Positions 16,945-26,759 of a stretch of DNA of 45,349 nucleotides are shown here, piece by piece. Origin of the DNA: Brevibacterium luteolum. GTDB taxonomy: Bacteria > Actinomycetota > Actinomycetes > Actinomycetales > Brevibacteriaceae. Where the stretch lies: assembly GCF_013004595.1 (NCBI RefSeq), contig NZ_JABEMC010000008.1, forward strand, positions 62,001-107,349. Reading direction: 5' to 3'. The notes beneath the pieces were generated by a model that made no database searches, had not been told where the DNA came from, and saw nothing but the letters and a program-made list of their open reading frames with translations. The position numbers and the translations under genes are program-made. Within the stretch, counting starts at the first letter, position 1. Each line of letters opens with the position of its first letter.

Positions 16945-18735
16945 TCAGTCCTCGAACTCGATGAGCACGGTGCCGGCCTTGACGGCCGAGCCGGCCTCGA
17001 CGGCGATCTTCGACACGGTGGCGGGACGCGACGCCTTGAGCGGCTGCTCCATCTTCATCGCCTCGATGACCGCCAGCGTGTCACCGGTCTCGACGACAGC
17101 ACCGGGCTCGACATCGACGGACACGATCGTGCCCTGCATCGGTGCGGTCAGCGCTGAGGCGTTGTCGGTGCGGCTGGAGCCGCGGCGGCGCAGCCGGCCC
17201 TTGCGGGGGCGGGCGCCGGCTTGCGCCGGGCGGGCCAGCTCGGCCGGCACCTTGACCGTCAGCCGGTGGCCTTCGACCTCGACGACGATGTCGATGACGT
17301 CGCTGCCGTCCTGCGTCTGCTGTGCCATGGGATCCTCCGGATCGTCGAATGTCGGCATGTATGTCTGCTGCAGCCAGTGGGTGGAGACGCTGAATTCCTC
17401 GGCGAAGGCCGGTTCGTTCACCAGCCGCCGGTGCAGCGGCAGCAGCGTCTTAACACCGTCGAGGGTGTACTCGCCGAGCGCACGGCGGGCGCGGGCGAGT
17501 GCGTGTGCGCGGTCCTCTCCGGTGACGATGAGCTTGGCGAGCATCGGGTCGAAGTCGACTCCGACCTCAATGCCGTGGTGCACGCCGGAGTCGACGCGCA
17601 CGCCGGGACCGGCCGGCTCGATGTAGCGGCCGATCCGCCCGGTGGCCGGGAAGAAGTTCAGGCGCGCGTCCTCAGCGTTGATGCGGAACTGGATCGAGTG
17701 ACCGCGCGGAGCCGGGAACTCCTCAGGCAGGCTCTCGCCGGCGGCGATGCGCAGCTGCCAGGCGAGCAGATCGACACCGGTGACCTCTTCGGTCACGGTG
17801 TGCTCGACCTGGATGCGGGCGTTGACCTCCATGAAGGTCAGCGTCCCGCCCTCGCCGAGCAGGAACTCACACGTCGCGGCCCCGACGTAGCCGACCTCGC
17901 TGAGGATGTCCTTCGAGGCCTGAGTGACCGTGGCGATCTGCTCGTCGGTGAGGAACGGCGCCGGGGCCTCTTCGATGATCTTCTGGTTGCGGCGCTGCAG
18001 CGTGCAGTCACGGGTCGAGGCGACGAGCACGCGGCCGTTGCCGTCGACCATGCACTGGGTCTCGATGTGGCGCGGATTGACGATCTGCTGCTCGAGCAGG
18101 CACTCACCGCGCCCGAACGCCGAGAGCGCCTCACGGGAAGCACCGGCGAGCGCATCGGGCAGCTCGGCCGCGCTGGCCGCCGTGCGGAAGCCGCGCCCGC
18201 CGCCGCCGTAGACGGCCTTGACCGCGATCGGGTAGCCGATCTTCTCAGCGATCGCCAGCGCGTCGTCGATGTCGTCGACGGCACCGTCGGAGCCCTTCGT
18301 GATCGGCGCGCCTGCCGCCTCGGCGACGGCACGGGCACCGGACTTGTCACCGAGCCGGTCGATGGCCTGCGGGGGAGGACCGACCCACACGAGACCGGCA
18401 TCGAGCACCGCCTGCGCGAAGTCCGGGCTCTCGGCGAGGTAACCGTAGCCGGGGTGGATGGCGTCGGCGCCGGCGCGTTGGGCGGCGTCGATCATCTTCT
18501 CGATGCTGAGGTACGTTTCGGCCGGGCCGGCGCCGTCGAGGGCCCAGGCGTCGTCGGCCAGGCGGACGAAATCGGCGTTGGCATCGGGCTTGGTGTACAC
18601 GGCGACGGCTTCGAGTCCGAGGTCGTGACAGGCGCGGATGATGCGCAGCGCGATCTCACCGCGGTTGGCGATGAAGACCCGCTCGATGGGGCGGTGCTCC
18701 ACGGTTGCGGAGTACTGCCGCATGGGCTCGGTCAT
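16945..18735 (-). CDS. accA: Acetyl/propionyl-CoA carboxylase alpha subunit (biotin carboxylase + BCCP)
   Basis: IANRGEIA, HPGYG, GGGGRG, EVNARIQVEH, EAMKM biotinylation motif. Confidence 0.95.
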   Translation of the reverse strand: MTEPMRQYSATVEHRPIERVFIANRGEIALRIIRACHDLGLEAVAVYTKPDANADFVRLADDAWALDGAGPAETYLSIEKMIDAAQRAGADAIHPGYGYLAESPDFAQAVLDAGLVWVGPPPQAIDRLGDKSGARAVAEAAGAPITKGSDGAVDDIDDALAIAEKIGYPIAVKAVYGGGGRGFRTAASAAELPDALAGASREALSAFGRGECLLEQQIVNPRHIETQCMVDGNGRVLVASTRDCTLQRRNQKIIEEAPAPFLTDEQIATVTQASKDILSEVGYVGAATCEFLLGEGGTLTFMEVNARIQVEHTVTEEVTGVDLLAWQLRIAAGESLPEEFPAPRGHSIQFRINAEDARLNFFPATGRIGRYIEPAGPGVRVDSGVHHGIEVGVDFDPMLAKLIVTGEDRAHALARARRALGEYTLDGVKTLLPLHRRLVNEPAFAEEFSVSTHWLQQTYMPTFDDPEDPMAQQTQDGSDVIDIVVEVEGHRLTVKVPAELARPAQAGARPRKGRLRRRGSSRTDNASALTAPMQGTIVSVDVEPGAVVETGDTLAVIEAMKMEQPLKASRPATVSKIAVEAGSAVKAGTVLIEFED

Positions 18736-18792
18736 CTGGTCTCCTGGGCATGAAACGGGTGAACGATATCAATCTAGAGACCAGTGCCAAAG

Positions 18793-18813
18793 CGTTGTGG
18801 ACTATCGACAAAA
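18793..18813. promoter_or_regulatory. Palindromic operator TTGT-N9-ACAA upstream of accA
   Basis: cgTTGT-ggactatcg-ACAAAA, 16 nt upstream of a candidate minus-strand -10 (TAGATT, 18776-18771). Confidence 0.45.
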
Positions 18814-18829
18814 TCGGTGGGCGAAATTC

Positions 18830-19540
18830 TCAACCGGCACCGGGCGCGTCGTCACCGGTGTGACCTGCGGCATCGGCGCTGACATCCCACAGCTCATGCC
18901 AGGCCAGCCCGAGCTCGCCGACAAGCGTGCGCGCCAAAGGGAGGCTGAGCCCGATGACGTTGTGGTGATCGCCTTCGATGCCGGTGACGAAGGCGCCGCC
19001 GAAACCGTCGATCGTCAGCGCGCCGGCGACCTCGAAAGGTTCGGCGGTGGCGATGTAGGCGTCGATCTCCGCATCGGACAGCGCTGCGGTGTGGATCGTC
19101 GTCGACGCCGTCTGTGCCCGTGTGCCGGCGACCTGCCAGCCGTCACCGGTCGGGTCGAGGCGGGCGAGGAAATGGCCGGTGTGCAGGTGCGCGGTGCGCC
19201 CGCCCATCTGCTGCCACACCTCGCGGGTGCGCTCAGGTGTGTGGGGCTTGCCGACCGGCTGGCCGTCGAGTTCGAGTATCGAATCGGCAGCGATGAGCAC
19301 CCGCGGCCGATCCGGCGCACCGGCGAGCAGCCCGGCGTTGCGTGCGGTGATGCGGCCCAGGACGTCACGGCCCTTGGCCTCGGCGAGCACGCCGGCCAGC
19401 TCCGCGACCGAGGCAGTGGGGTGCTGGTCCTGGACGGCCGCCTCGTCGACGTGGGAGACGATGACCTGCGGGGTGATGCCGGCCGTCGTCAGGGTCGCAT
19501 ACCGCGACGGGGATCCGGAGGCGAGAATGACAGCGCTCAC
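18830..19540 (-). CDS. maf: Maf family nucleotide pyrophosphatase
   Basis: ILASGSPSR, LAEAK, AADS, GKP, AGA, NVIGL. Confidence 0.93.
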   Translation of the reverse strand: MSAVILASGSPSRYATLTTAGITPQVIVSHVDEAAVQDQHPTASVAELAGVLAEAKGRDVLGRITARNAGLLAGAPDRPRVLIAADSILELDGQPVGKPHTPERTREVWQQMGGRTAHLHTGHFLARLDPTGDGWQVAGTRAQTASTTIHTAALSDAEIDAYIATAEPFEVAGALTIDGFGGAFVTGIEGDHHNVIGLSLPLARTLVGELGLAWHELWDVSADAAGHTGDDAPGAG

Positions 19541-20541
19541 GGGCGGTTCTCCTCGGTATTCGGGTTGGCAGCACTGGGCACAGCAGTCGGGGCAGCAGGC
19601 TGCTGCGGCTCGGTCTCCTCGTCCTCAGGACGCGGGTCGCCGTCGGTCAGCTCCGCCGGCCAGTGCGGGCGGGTCTCAGGATTCTCCTCGACATCATGGG
19701 GCAGGTCGAGGTCGACGGTGATGCGCTGGATGACAGCGGTGGCCAGCTGCGCGTAGCCGAGCGGGGTGGGGAAGCGGCCGTCGGAGCGGATGAGGGACTG
19801 CTTCGTCGTGCCCGACAGCACCGTGTTGAGCGACACCGGGATCGCCCCGGCGGAGACGGCGAGCATCCACTGCGAGCCGGCGAGCACGCGTGAGGAGCGG
19901 CGCAGCTGGGTGCGCAGCGGCTGCGGGATGCCTGGCAGGCTGCCGAGGTTGGGGCACGTGAGCACGATGACGGTGTAACCGCCTTCGCGCTGCAGCCGGT
20001 TGAGCGCGGTGGTGAGCACCGGCAGGCCGATCGAACCGGTGATCGGGTGGATGACATCGGCGCTGCCCATCGCGATGACGGCAAACCGCGGCGGCTGTTC
20101 GCCGATGCGTGAGCGGCGCAGCAGCGGATCGGCCAGGATCGAGTTGACCTGGGTGAGGATGTCATCGGCTCGCGCACCGGCCTGCGCGGTCGAGCGCAGC
20201 CGCACCGGCCGGCCGGTCAGGGCCGCCAGCCCGCGGGCGATGAGCATCGCTGGGGTGCGGCGGCGCCGGCCGACGGCAATGCCGGCCAGCCAGGAGTCGC
20301 CGATGACGGCCAGAGCCGGCAGATGCTCGGTGTCACCGTCGACGTCTTCGAGCGCCCGGCTGTGCGGAGCGCTCAGCTCGACGAGCCGGGACTGCTGGGG
20401 GACAGCGGCCGCGGCGACGTCGTCGTCGAAGGCCTGGCGCAGCCGCATCGACTGCAGCCGCATGAGTCCGTAGACACCGGCGGCGAAAGCCGTGGGCATG
20501 GCCAATCCAAACCCCAGTGCGGTCGCGGTTCGTCGCTGCAT
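19537..20541 (-). CDS. SGNH/GDSL hydrolase-fold protein (catalytic motifs degenerate)
   Basis: N-terminal TM; VIGDSW block I; AQAGAR block II; GSAD; DGRFP..LGY. Confidence 0.7.
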   Translation of the reverse strand: MQRRTATALGFGLAMPTAFAAGVYGLMRLQSMRLRQAFDDDVAAAAVPQQSRLVELSAPHSRALEDVDGDTEHLPALAVIGDSWLAGIAVGRRRRTPAMLIARGLAALTGRPVRLRSTAQAGARADDILTQVNSILADPLLRRSRIGEQPPRFAVIAMGSADVIHPITGSIGLPVLTTALNRLQREGGYTVIVLTCPNLGSLPGIPQPLRTQLRRSSRVLAGSQWMLAVSAGAIPVSLNTVLSGTTKQSLIRSDGRFPTPLGYAQLATAVIQRITVDLDLPHDVEENPETRPHWPAELTDGDPRPEDEETEPQQPAAPTAVPSAANPNTEENRP

Positions 20542-20645
20542 GAACTTCCTTCCCTCGTCCCGGACGAGTCTAGTGCCTCGAACCGATGGCAGAACTTCGG
20601 CCCAGATGCGCGCTGATTCAGCTGGTGAAGCGCTAAGCTGGCCTC

Positions 20646-22088
20646 ATGCCAGAGAACTCTCAGCAACGCATCCCCGGGCGGCTGCGCAACGCCTGGCAGG
20701 GATTCCGGTCCCGCCGCGAGCAGGCCGCGCAGACCCCGACGGGGTCCTTCACCGCGTCGCCGCCTGTCCCCGCCTACATCGAGGTGCCAGCCCACGAGCC
20801 CACCGAGGAGGAGAAGGGGCGCGGAGCGTACGAGCCGTTCGTGTCTCTGCCGATGCGCCTGGCCGCCGCCTGGTCGTGGCGGTTCCTCATCGTGCTGGCC
20901 GCGATCGGCGTCGCCTACTGGCTGCTGTCGAAGATCTCCGTCATCCTGCTGCCAGCCCTCATCGCGCTGCTCATCACCGCACTCATCTCGCCGTTGTCGA
21001 ACTTCCTCATGCGCCACGGCTGGAAGCGCGGGGCGGCAGCTGGTGTCACGTTCGTCGGCTTCATCGTCCTGGTGCTCGGCCTGCTGACGCTTGTCGGCCA
21101 GCAGATCGTCGTCGGCATGGGCGAGCTGACCGGGCAGGTCGTGGCCGGTATCCGCGCGATCGCCGACTGGCTGCAGCACAACCCGTTCGGCATCGACTCC
21201 TCGCGGATCTCTGTGGCCATCGACGACACCCTGAACAAGGGCATGGCGATGCTCGAAGAGCGCTCCGGCCAGATCCTCGGCGGCGTCGCCGGTGCCGCGA
21301 TGTCGGTCGGCAGCTTCTTCACCGGCCTCATCCTCACCCTGTTCACCGCCTTCTTCTTCCTCTACGACGGCCGCAAGATCTTCTCCTGGTTCATTGGGAT
21401 GCTCCCGCGCCGCGCCCGCGGCCGCGCTGAGGGCGCCGGCCTGCGCGGCTGGCAGTCGCTCGTGCAGTACGTCCGGGTGCAGGTGATCGTCGCCGGCGTC
21501 GACGCGATCGGCATCGGCATCGGTGCCTTCTTCATCGGCATCCCGCTCGTCTTCCCGCTCACGGTGCTCGTCTTCCTCGGCTCCTTCGTGCCGATCGTCG
21601 GTGCGGTCGTGACCGGCATCATCGCCGTCATCGTCGCACTCGTCTCCAAGGGCCTGGTCGCGGCGATCATCATGACGCTCGTCGTGCTGGCCGTCCAGCA
21701 GCTGGAGGGCAATGTGCTCCAGCCGTTCATCATGGGCAAGGCCGTCTCCGTCCACCCGCTGGCCGTCGTGCTCGCGGTGGCCGCCGGTGCGGCCCTGTAC
21801 GGCATCGTCGGGGCGCTCTTCGCCGTGCCGGTCATCGCCGTGCTCAACACGATCGTCCTCTACCTCGCAGGAGAAGACGTCTACGCCAAAGACGGCAAGG
21901 CCAAACAGGAACACCAACCCGACGATGAGGACGGCAGGACCTCCCCGCAGCTCGAACACGACGAAGAAGATTCGCCGCTGGCTCCCGACGTCTCCGAGGG
22001 CGACCCGACCGAGACCGCCGAGCCCTCCGGCCAGGCCAACGGGTCGACCGCCTCGGGCGCGGGCAATGAGCGGCGCACCGACGACTGA
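20646..22088 (+). CDS. AI-2E (UPF0118) family transporter
   Basis: Multiple TM helices; FVPIVG, QQLEGNVLQP, VHPLAV, GALFAVP. Confidence 0.93.
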   Translation: MPENSQQRIPGRLRNAWQGFRSRREQAAQTPTGSFTASPPVPAYIEVPAHEPTEEEKGRGAYEPFVSLPMRLAAAWSWRFLIVLAAIGVAYWLLSKISVILLPALIALLITALISPLSNFLMRHGWKRGAAAGVTFVGFIVLVLGLLTLVGQQIVVGMGELTGQVVAGIRAIADWLQHNPFGIDSSRISVAIDDTLNKGMAMLEERSGQILGGVAGAAMSVGSFFTGLILTLFTAFFFLYDGRKIFSWFIGMLPRRARGRAEGAGLRGWQSLVQYVRVQVIVAGVDAIGIGIGAFFIGIPLVFPLTVLVFLGSFVPIVGAVVTGIIAVIVALVSKGLVAAIIMTLVVLAVQQLEGNVLQPFIMGKAVSVHPLAVVLAVAAGAALYGIVGALFAVPVIAVLNTIVLYLAGEDVYAKDGKAKQEHQPDDEDGRTSPQLEHDEEDSPLAPDVSEGDPTETAEPSGQANGSTASGAGNERRTDD

Positions 22089-22121
22089 GCCTCCCGGCGC
22101 GGCACGGCTGCGGACATGAAG

Positions 22122-22156
22122 AAGGGGCGGGCCCGCTGCATGCGGGCCCGCCCCTT
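22122..22156. terminator. Bidirectional terminator hairpin
   Basis: aaggggcgggcccgc / gcgggcccgcccctt between convergent genes. Confidence 0.8.
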
Positions 22157-22174
22157 TGCATCAGCCGGGGTGGC

Positions 22175-22669
22175 TCAGCCGGTGTAGGCCTCCACACCGG
22201 TGACCTTGACGGTCATCTCCTTGCCGTTGGGCGCTTCGTAGGTGGCCTCGTCACCGACCTTGCAGCCGTTGACGGCAGCGCCGAGCGGGGACTGCTCGGA
22301 GAAGACGTTGATCGAGTCGTCCATCGCGATCTCGCGTGAGCCGAGCAGGAAGCGCATCTCCTTGCCGTTCATCTTCACGACGACGATCTTGCCGGGGGCC
22401 ACCTTCGTCGTGTCGGTGTCGGCCTCGCCGACCTTGGCATGGCGCAGCAGGTGCTCGAGCTGGCGGATGCGGGCCTCGTTCTTGCCCTGCTCCTCGCGAG
22501 CGGCGTGGTAACCGCCGTTCTCGCGCAGGTCGCCCTCATCGCGGGCAGCTTCGATGCGCTCGGCGATCTCGGCGCGACCGGGCCCGCTGAGGTGCTCGAG
22601 CTCCTCCGTCAGCCGGTCGAATGCCTCCTGGCTGAGCCAGGTCTCTTCGGCTGTGGTCTCCTCGGTCAT
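22175..22669 (-). CDS. greA: Transcription elongation factor GreA
   Basis: ARDEGDLRENGGYHAAREEQ, SPLG; AGGAG spacing favours ATG 22669. Confidence 0.97.
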   Translation of the reverse strand: MTEETTAEETWLSQEAFDRLTEELEHLSGPGRAEIAERIEAARDEGDLRENGGYHAAREEQGKNEARIRQLEHLLRHAKVGEADTDTTKVAPGKIVVVKMNGKEMRFLLGSREIAMDDSINVFSEQSPLGAAVNGCKVGDEATYEAPNGKEMTVKVTGVEAYTG

Positions 22670-22800
22670 ATTCATCTCCTCAACACGATGCCGCAGACGA
22701 ACCGGATGCCGTCAGCGGCGGATGCGTGCCCAACCGGGCACCGGACAATGAGAATTCCCGGACACCCGCAGGTGACCGGGAATCAGATTGACTGCCTATT

Positions 22801-23292
22801 TTAACTCACATACCAGCAGGATTCCACGTGTCCGCTGGCAGCAAGCTGGGTTGTGCGAATATCGACGTCGAGCTGCACCGGCTCCGAGGTCGAGGTCCCG
22901 GCGCGTGCCGGGATGGTCACCTCGCGGAACCCGACGACCGCTTCCTGCAGGTTCGTCGCCTGGACTGCGCATTCGATGTCACGGGACTCATCGGGCACGA
23001 TCGAGAACCGGGTGACGGTCAGGGAGGCGTCGACGACGTCGTAGCTGACGGTCTTCGGCGTGTCGGGCACACGGGCCGGGGCGAAGGCGAACCAGGCGGC
23101 CAGGCCGATCATGATGACGAGCGCTGCGGCCAGTGCGGCGATGATCCACGGCCGCTTCCCCCGGCCCGAGGCGGTGGCCGCGTGAGTGCCGTTGTGCGGC
23201 AGGCGTGAACGGGAACCGTAGCGGTCGGCGACGGCGGTGCGGCGGCCGACGGCGCCGGCTGGGCTGCCGGTGCCTCGGTGGTCCTGGGGCAT
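22801..23292 (-). CDS. DUF4307-like single-pass membrane protein
   Basis: DRYG, one TM helix, C-x-V-x-A...VVG..EV and terminal Cys; usual neighbour of greA and mca. Confidence 0.75.
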   Translation of the reverse strand: MPQDHRGTGSPAGAVGRRTAVADRYGSRSRLPHNGTHAATASGRGKRPWIIAALAAALVIMIGLAAWFAFAPARVPDTPKTVSYDVVDASLTVTRFSIVPDESRDIECAVQATNLQEAVVGFREVTIPARAGTSTSEPVQLDVDIRTTQLAASGHVESCWYVS

Positions 23293-23409
23293 GCGGTCCT
23301 TTCTGGCGGCCGGATTCGTCCCGAGCGGTCAGGGCTACTAACCTATAGTCTAGTCCGCACCCTGCCCGCGGCAGTGCCCCGGGCTGTCCTGTGAGAGGTT
23401 CCCACGTCT

Positions 23410-24429
23410 ATGTCCGTTTCGTCCGGTCGGCCCTTCCACGGCCTGCGCATGCTCGCCGTGCACGCGCATCCCGATGATGAGTCATCGAAGGGCGCTGCCA
23501 CCACCGCGCTGTACACCTCGCTCGGCGCCCGGGTGATGATCGCGACGATGACCGGCGGTGAAGCCGGCGACATCCTCAACCCCGCCCTGCTCAACAGCCC
23601 GGCCGCCCGCCGCGACATCGCCGGGCTGCGCCGCGATGAGATGGCCGCCGCCGCCGAGGAGCTGGGTGCTGAGCACCGCTGGATCGGGTTCGTCGACTCC
23701 GGCCTGCCCGAAGGCGACCCGGCCACCGAGACTCCGCACGGGTCGTTCTATCAGGTGCCCACCGATGTTGCGGCCCGTCCGCTCGTGCACCTCATCCGCA
23801 GCTTCCGCCCGCACGTGCTCACCACCTATGACGAGCGGGGCGGCTACCCGCATCCGGACCACATCAAGAACCACATCGTGTCGATGACTGCTGTCGAGCA
23901 GGCCGCCGACGCGGCGGTCAACCCCGAGCTCGGGGAGCCGTGGCAGGTGCAGAAGGTCTACTACAACATGGACCTCTCGCCGCGGAAGTGGCTGGCCATC
24001 CACGAGAAGATGACCGCCGAGGGTCATGATTCGCCGTTTGCGGACATGCTGGAGAAGTACCGCTCCCGCGATGGGGAGCGCAACAGCTGGCTGACCGCCC
24101 GGATCGCATGCGGGCAGATGCTGGAGCGCTCGGACCGGGCGCTGCTGTCGCATGCCACCCAGATCGACCCGAAGGGCGGCTTCTTCTCCGAGGCCCGGAA
24201 GATCGCCAAGACCTTCTGGCCGACCGAGGAGTTCGAACTCGCCATCGACAACACCGGCCGCGAGCCGCTGGACCGCGGCAGCGACTTCCTCGAATCCGAC
24301 CTGTTCGCAGGTGTCACCCGCGACGACGGCCGCCGCATCCCGGATGCGGGACTGCTGGAGCCCTACGTCGAAACCCGCGCAGCGGTGCCCAGTGCCGGGC
24401 AGACCCCGGCTGAGAAGGAGAACGTCTGA
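23410..24429 (+). CDS. mca: Mycothiol conjugate amidase
   Basis: AVHAHPDDESSKG, TGGEAG, GGYPHPDHI, HATQIDP. Confidence 0.95.
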   Translation: MSVSSGRPFHGLRMLAVHAHPDDESSKGAATTALYTSLGARVMIATMTGGEAGDILNPALLNSPAARRDIAGLRRDEMAAAAEELGAEHRWIGFVDSGLPEGDPATETPHGSFYQVPTDVAARPLVHLIRSFRPHVLTTYDERGGYPHPDHIKNHIVSMTAVEQAADAAVNPELGEPWQVQKVYYNMDLSPRKWLAIHEKMTAEGHDSPFADMLEKYRSRDGERNSWLTARIACGQMLERSDRALLSHATQIDPKGGFFSEARKIAKTFWPTEEFELAIDNTGREPLDRGSDFLESDLFAGVTRDDGRRIPDAGLLEPYVETRAAVPSAGQTPAEKENV

Positions 24430-24779
24430 TGCTCATGCTGCTGGCTGCCAGCCCCGCCCCGACCGAGGACGTCCGCTACCCGGATCCCTCGATCGTCACC
24501 CCGGGCACGATCGGCTTCCTGGCGGTCTTCGCCCTGGCAGTCGTGACGATCTTTCTCATCCGCGATGCGCTGCGCCGCGTGCGCCGGGTGCGTGCCAAGG
24601 ACCGGGCCGTGGACGCGTACCCGATCCCGATGGCCACGGACCAGAAGCGCCGCTACCAGCCGGAGACCCATACCGCAGAGGCCAATGACTCCTTCGTCAC
24701 CGAGGAGCCGGCCGCCGGTGAGACCGGCACCGCAGAGCCGGGAGCAGAGATGCCCGGCGAGGACACGTCACGCCCCTGA
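24429..24779 (+). CDS. Small membrane protein downstream of mca
   Basis: VTPGTIGFL TM segment followed by RRVRR; start overlaps the mca stop. Confidence 0.75.
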   Translation: MLMLLAASPAPTEDVRYPDPSIVTPGTIGFLAVFALAVVTIFLIRDALRRVRRVRAKDRAVDAYPIPMATDQKRRYQPETHTAEANDSFVTEEPAAGETGTAEPGAEMPGEDTSRP

Positions 24780-24813
24780 CCTGAACTCCGCCCGTGCCCC
24801 CGGCGCCAGAGCC

Positions 24814-24861
24814 CACCTCGGGAACGGGACCCGCACCTCGGGAACGGGACCCGCGCCTCGG
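24814..24861. repeat. 20-bp tandem repeat, about 2.4 copies
   Basis: cacctcgggaacgggacccg x2, then cgcctcgg. Confidence 0.9.
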
Positions 24862-24893
24862 CAGCGGGTGCGTGACCTCGCATCAGCGGCTGT

Positions 24894-25724
24894 TCAGCTG
24901 TGCAGTTCGGGGCTGGCGTTGACCGCGGCGATGAGCAGGGCGGCCAGGTGGCTGCCGAAGCCGAGCACCGTGAAGGTGTGGAAGATCTCGTGGAAGCCGA
25001 AAATGTGCGGCAGCGGGTTCGGCCGCTTGAGTGCGTAGATGATCGCCCCGGCGATGTAGCACAGGCCGCCGGAGACGATGAGGATGCCGACGGCCAGGTT
25101 GTGCTCCCAGATCGCCGGGATGTAGCCGATGCCGGCGACGCCGATGCCGATGTAGACCGGCACGAACAGCCAGCGCGGGGCCGTCGTCCACAGCACCCTG
25201 AACAGCACGCCGATGAGCGCACCGGACCACATGATCGACAGCAGGAGCACCCATTGGCGGGTCTCCAGGGTCAGAATCGCCAAGGGCGTGTAGGTGCCGG
25301 CGATGATGAGGAAGATGTTGGCGTGGTCGATGCGGCGCAGGATCAGGCGGATGCGCATCCGCCAACGGCCGCGATGGTAGAGCGCTGAGGTGCCGAAGAG
25401 CATCATGCCGGTGAGTGCGAAGATCGCTCCGCCTAAGCGCGAGACGATCGTCGGGGAGATGATGACCAGCGTCAGTCCGCCGAGCACGGCGAGCGGGAAG
25501 GCGCCTGCGTGGATCCAGCCGCGCCACGACGGGCGCACCTGGCCGGCGAGCTTGCCCAGTTCGTGGCGCAGCGCGCGGCCGCGACGGGAGAGGGCGAGCC
25601 GGTAGGCCCGTGACATCGGGTGGCTCGGGTCGAGACTGGTCGGCTGGGCTGTGCGCTTCGATGCATGACGGCGCGCCCCAGCATCGTGGTGCGGCTGGTC
25701 AGGTTCGGCAAGGCGTGACGTCAT
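24894..25724 (-). CDS. Hemolysin III / PAQR family membrane protein (TrhA-like)
   Basis: RGWIH, SALYH, RIDHANIFLIIAGTYTP, FGFHEIFH. Confidence 0.93.
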   Translation of the reverse strand: MTSRLAEPDQPHHDAGARRHASKRTAQPTSLDPSHPMSRAYRLALSRRGRALRHELGKLAGQVRPSWRGWIHAGAFPLAVLGGLTLVIISPTIVSRLGGAIFALTGMMLFGTSALYHRGRWRMRIRLILRRIDHANIFLIIAGTYTPLAILTLETRQWVLLLSIMWSGALIGVLFRVLWTTAPRWLFVPVYIGIGVAGIGYIPAIWEHNLAVGILIVSGGLCYIAGAIIYALKRPNPLPHIFGFHEIFHTFTVLGFGSHLAALLIAAVNASPELHS

Positions 25725-25886
25725 GCCTCAATGATAGTTCCCGCGGTTGGGAATTCGCCGGGCGGGAGCAGGCGAGGGCGGCGCGGGCAGACAGTTATGC
25801 TGGTGGCACGCGGGGGTGCCTGTCAGACACCGCCGCGCTGCCCCGACTGCGGGCAGCTGACCCCACGCAACACCTCAGGAGAGTCG

Positions 25887-26675
25887 ATGGCCGGATCCCC
25901 GCTCGGGTGGCTCTACCGCCTGTACGACCGCCGGGTCAAACGGCAGCTCGAGCACGGCGATGACGCTGCCGCGATCCCGCGTCACGTCGGGGTCATCACC
26001 GACGGCAACCGACGCTGGGCCAAGGAGTTCGGCAAGACCACCGCTGACGGACACCGGATGGGCGCAGGCAAGATCGTCGAATTCCTCGGCTGGTGCGAAG
26101 AGCTCGGCGTCGAGGTCGTCACTCTCTACGTGCTCTCGAAGGAGAACCTCGCCCGGTCTGCCGACGAGGTCGCGGCGCTGACCGAGATCATCTCCGACCT
26201 CGTCGACCAGATCGCCGGCAAGCCGAGCGTATCCGTCCAGCTCGTCGGCGACCTCGCCACCATCCCCGAACCCCTGCGCACCCGCCTGGCCGACGCGCAG
26301 GAGCGCTCAAACGCCGAGGGCCGCGACAAGCGCATGACCGTCAACGTCGCCGTCGGCTACGGTGGCCGGCAGGAGATCGTCAACGCCGTCAAGTGCCTGC
26401 TGCGCGAACACGCCGCAGCAGGGGAGAGCATCGAGGAGATCATCGAGGCGCTGAGCGAAGAGGAGATCTCCAAGCACCTCTACACCAAGGGCCAGCCGGA
26501 CCCCGACCTCATCATCCGCTCCTCAGGCGAACAGCGGCTGTCGGGCTTCATGATGTGGCAGTCGGCGTACTCGGAGTTCTACTTCTGCGAGGCCTACTGG
26601 CCCGACTTCCGCCGCACCGACTTCCTGCGCGCCGTGCGCGCCTACGGCAACCGCAACCGGCGCTTCGGGCGCTGA
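25887..26675 (+). CDS. cis-isoprenyl diphosphate synthase (UppS family, Rv1086-like)
   Basis: HVGVITDGNRRWA, YGGRQEI, PDLIIRSSGEQRLSGF, RRFG; AGGAG before ATG 25887. Confidence 0.93.
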   Translation: MAGSPLGWLYRLYDRRVKRQLEHGDDAAAIPRHVGVITDGNRRWAKEFGKTTADGHRMGAGKIVEFLGWCEELGVEVVTLYVLSKENLARSADEVAALTEIISDLVDQIAGKPSVSVQLVGDLATIPEPLRTRLADAQERSNAEGRDKRMTVNVAVGYGGRQEIVNAVKCLLREHAAAGESIEEIIEALSEEEISKHLYTKGQPDPDLIIRSSGEQRLSGFMMWQSAYSEFYFCEAYWPDFRRTDFLRAVRAYGNRNRRFGR

Positions 26676-26730
26676 GCTTCCACGCCGGGCCAACCACCGC
26701 CTCGGGCTCGGTGGCGACACCCGGCAGGTG

Positions 26731-26759
26731 GATTCATCTGAGATTCACCTCCGTATCAT
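26731..26759 (+). promoter_or_regulatory. 11-bp-period direct repeat (PHO-box-like) followed by -10 TATCAT
   Basis: gattcatctga / gattcacctcc at 26731 and 26742; TATCAT at 26754-26759. Confidence 0.45.

Noticed and set aside
24814..24861. CRISPR array
   Set aside because: The repeats are directly adjacent with no spacers, and there are no cas genes.
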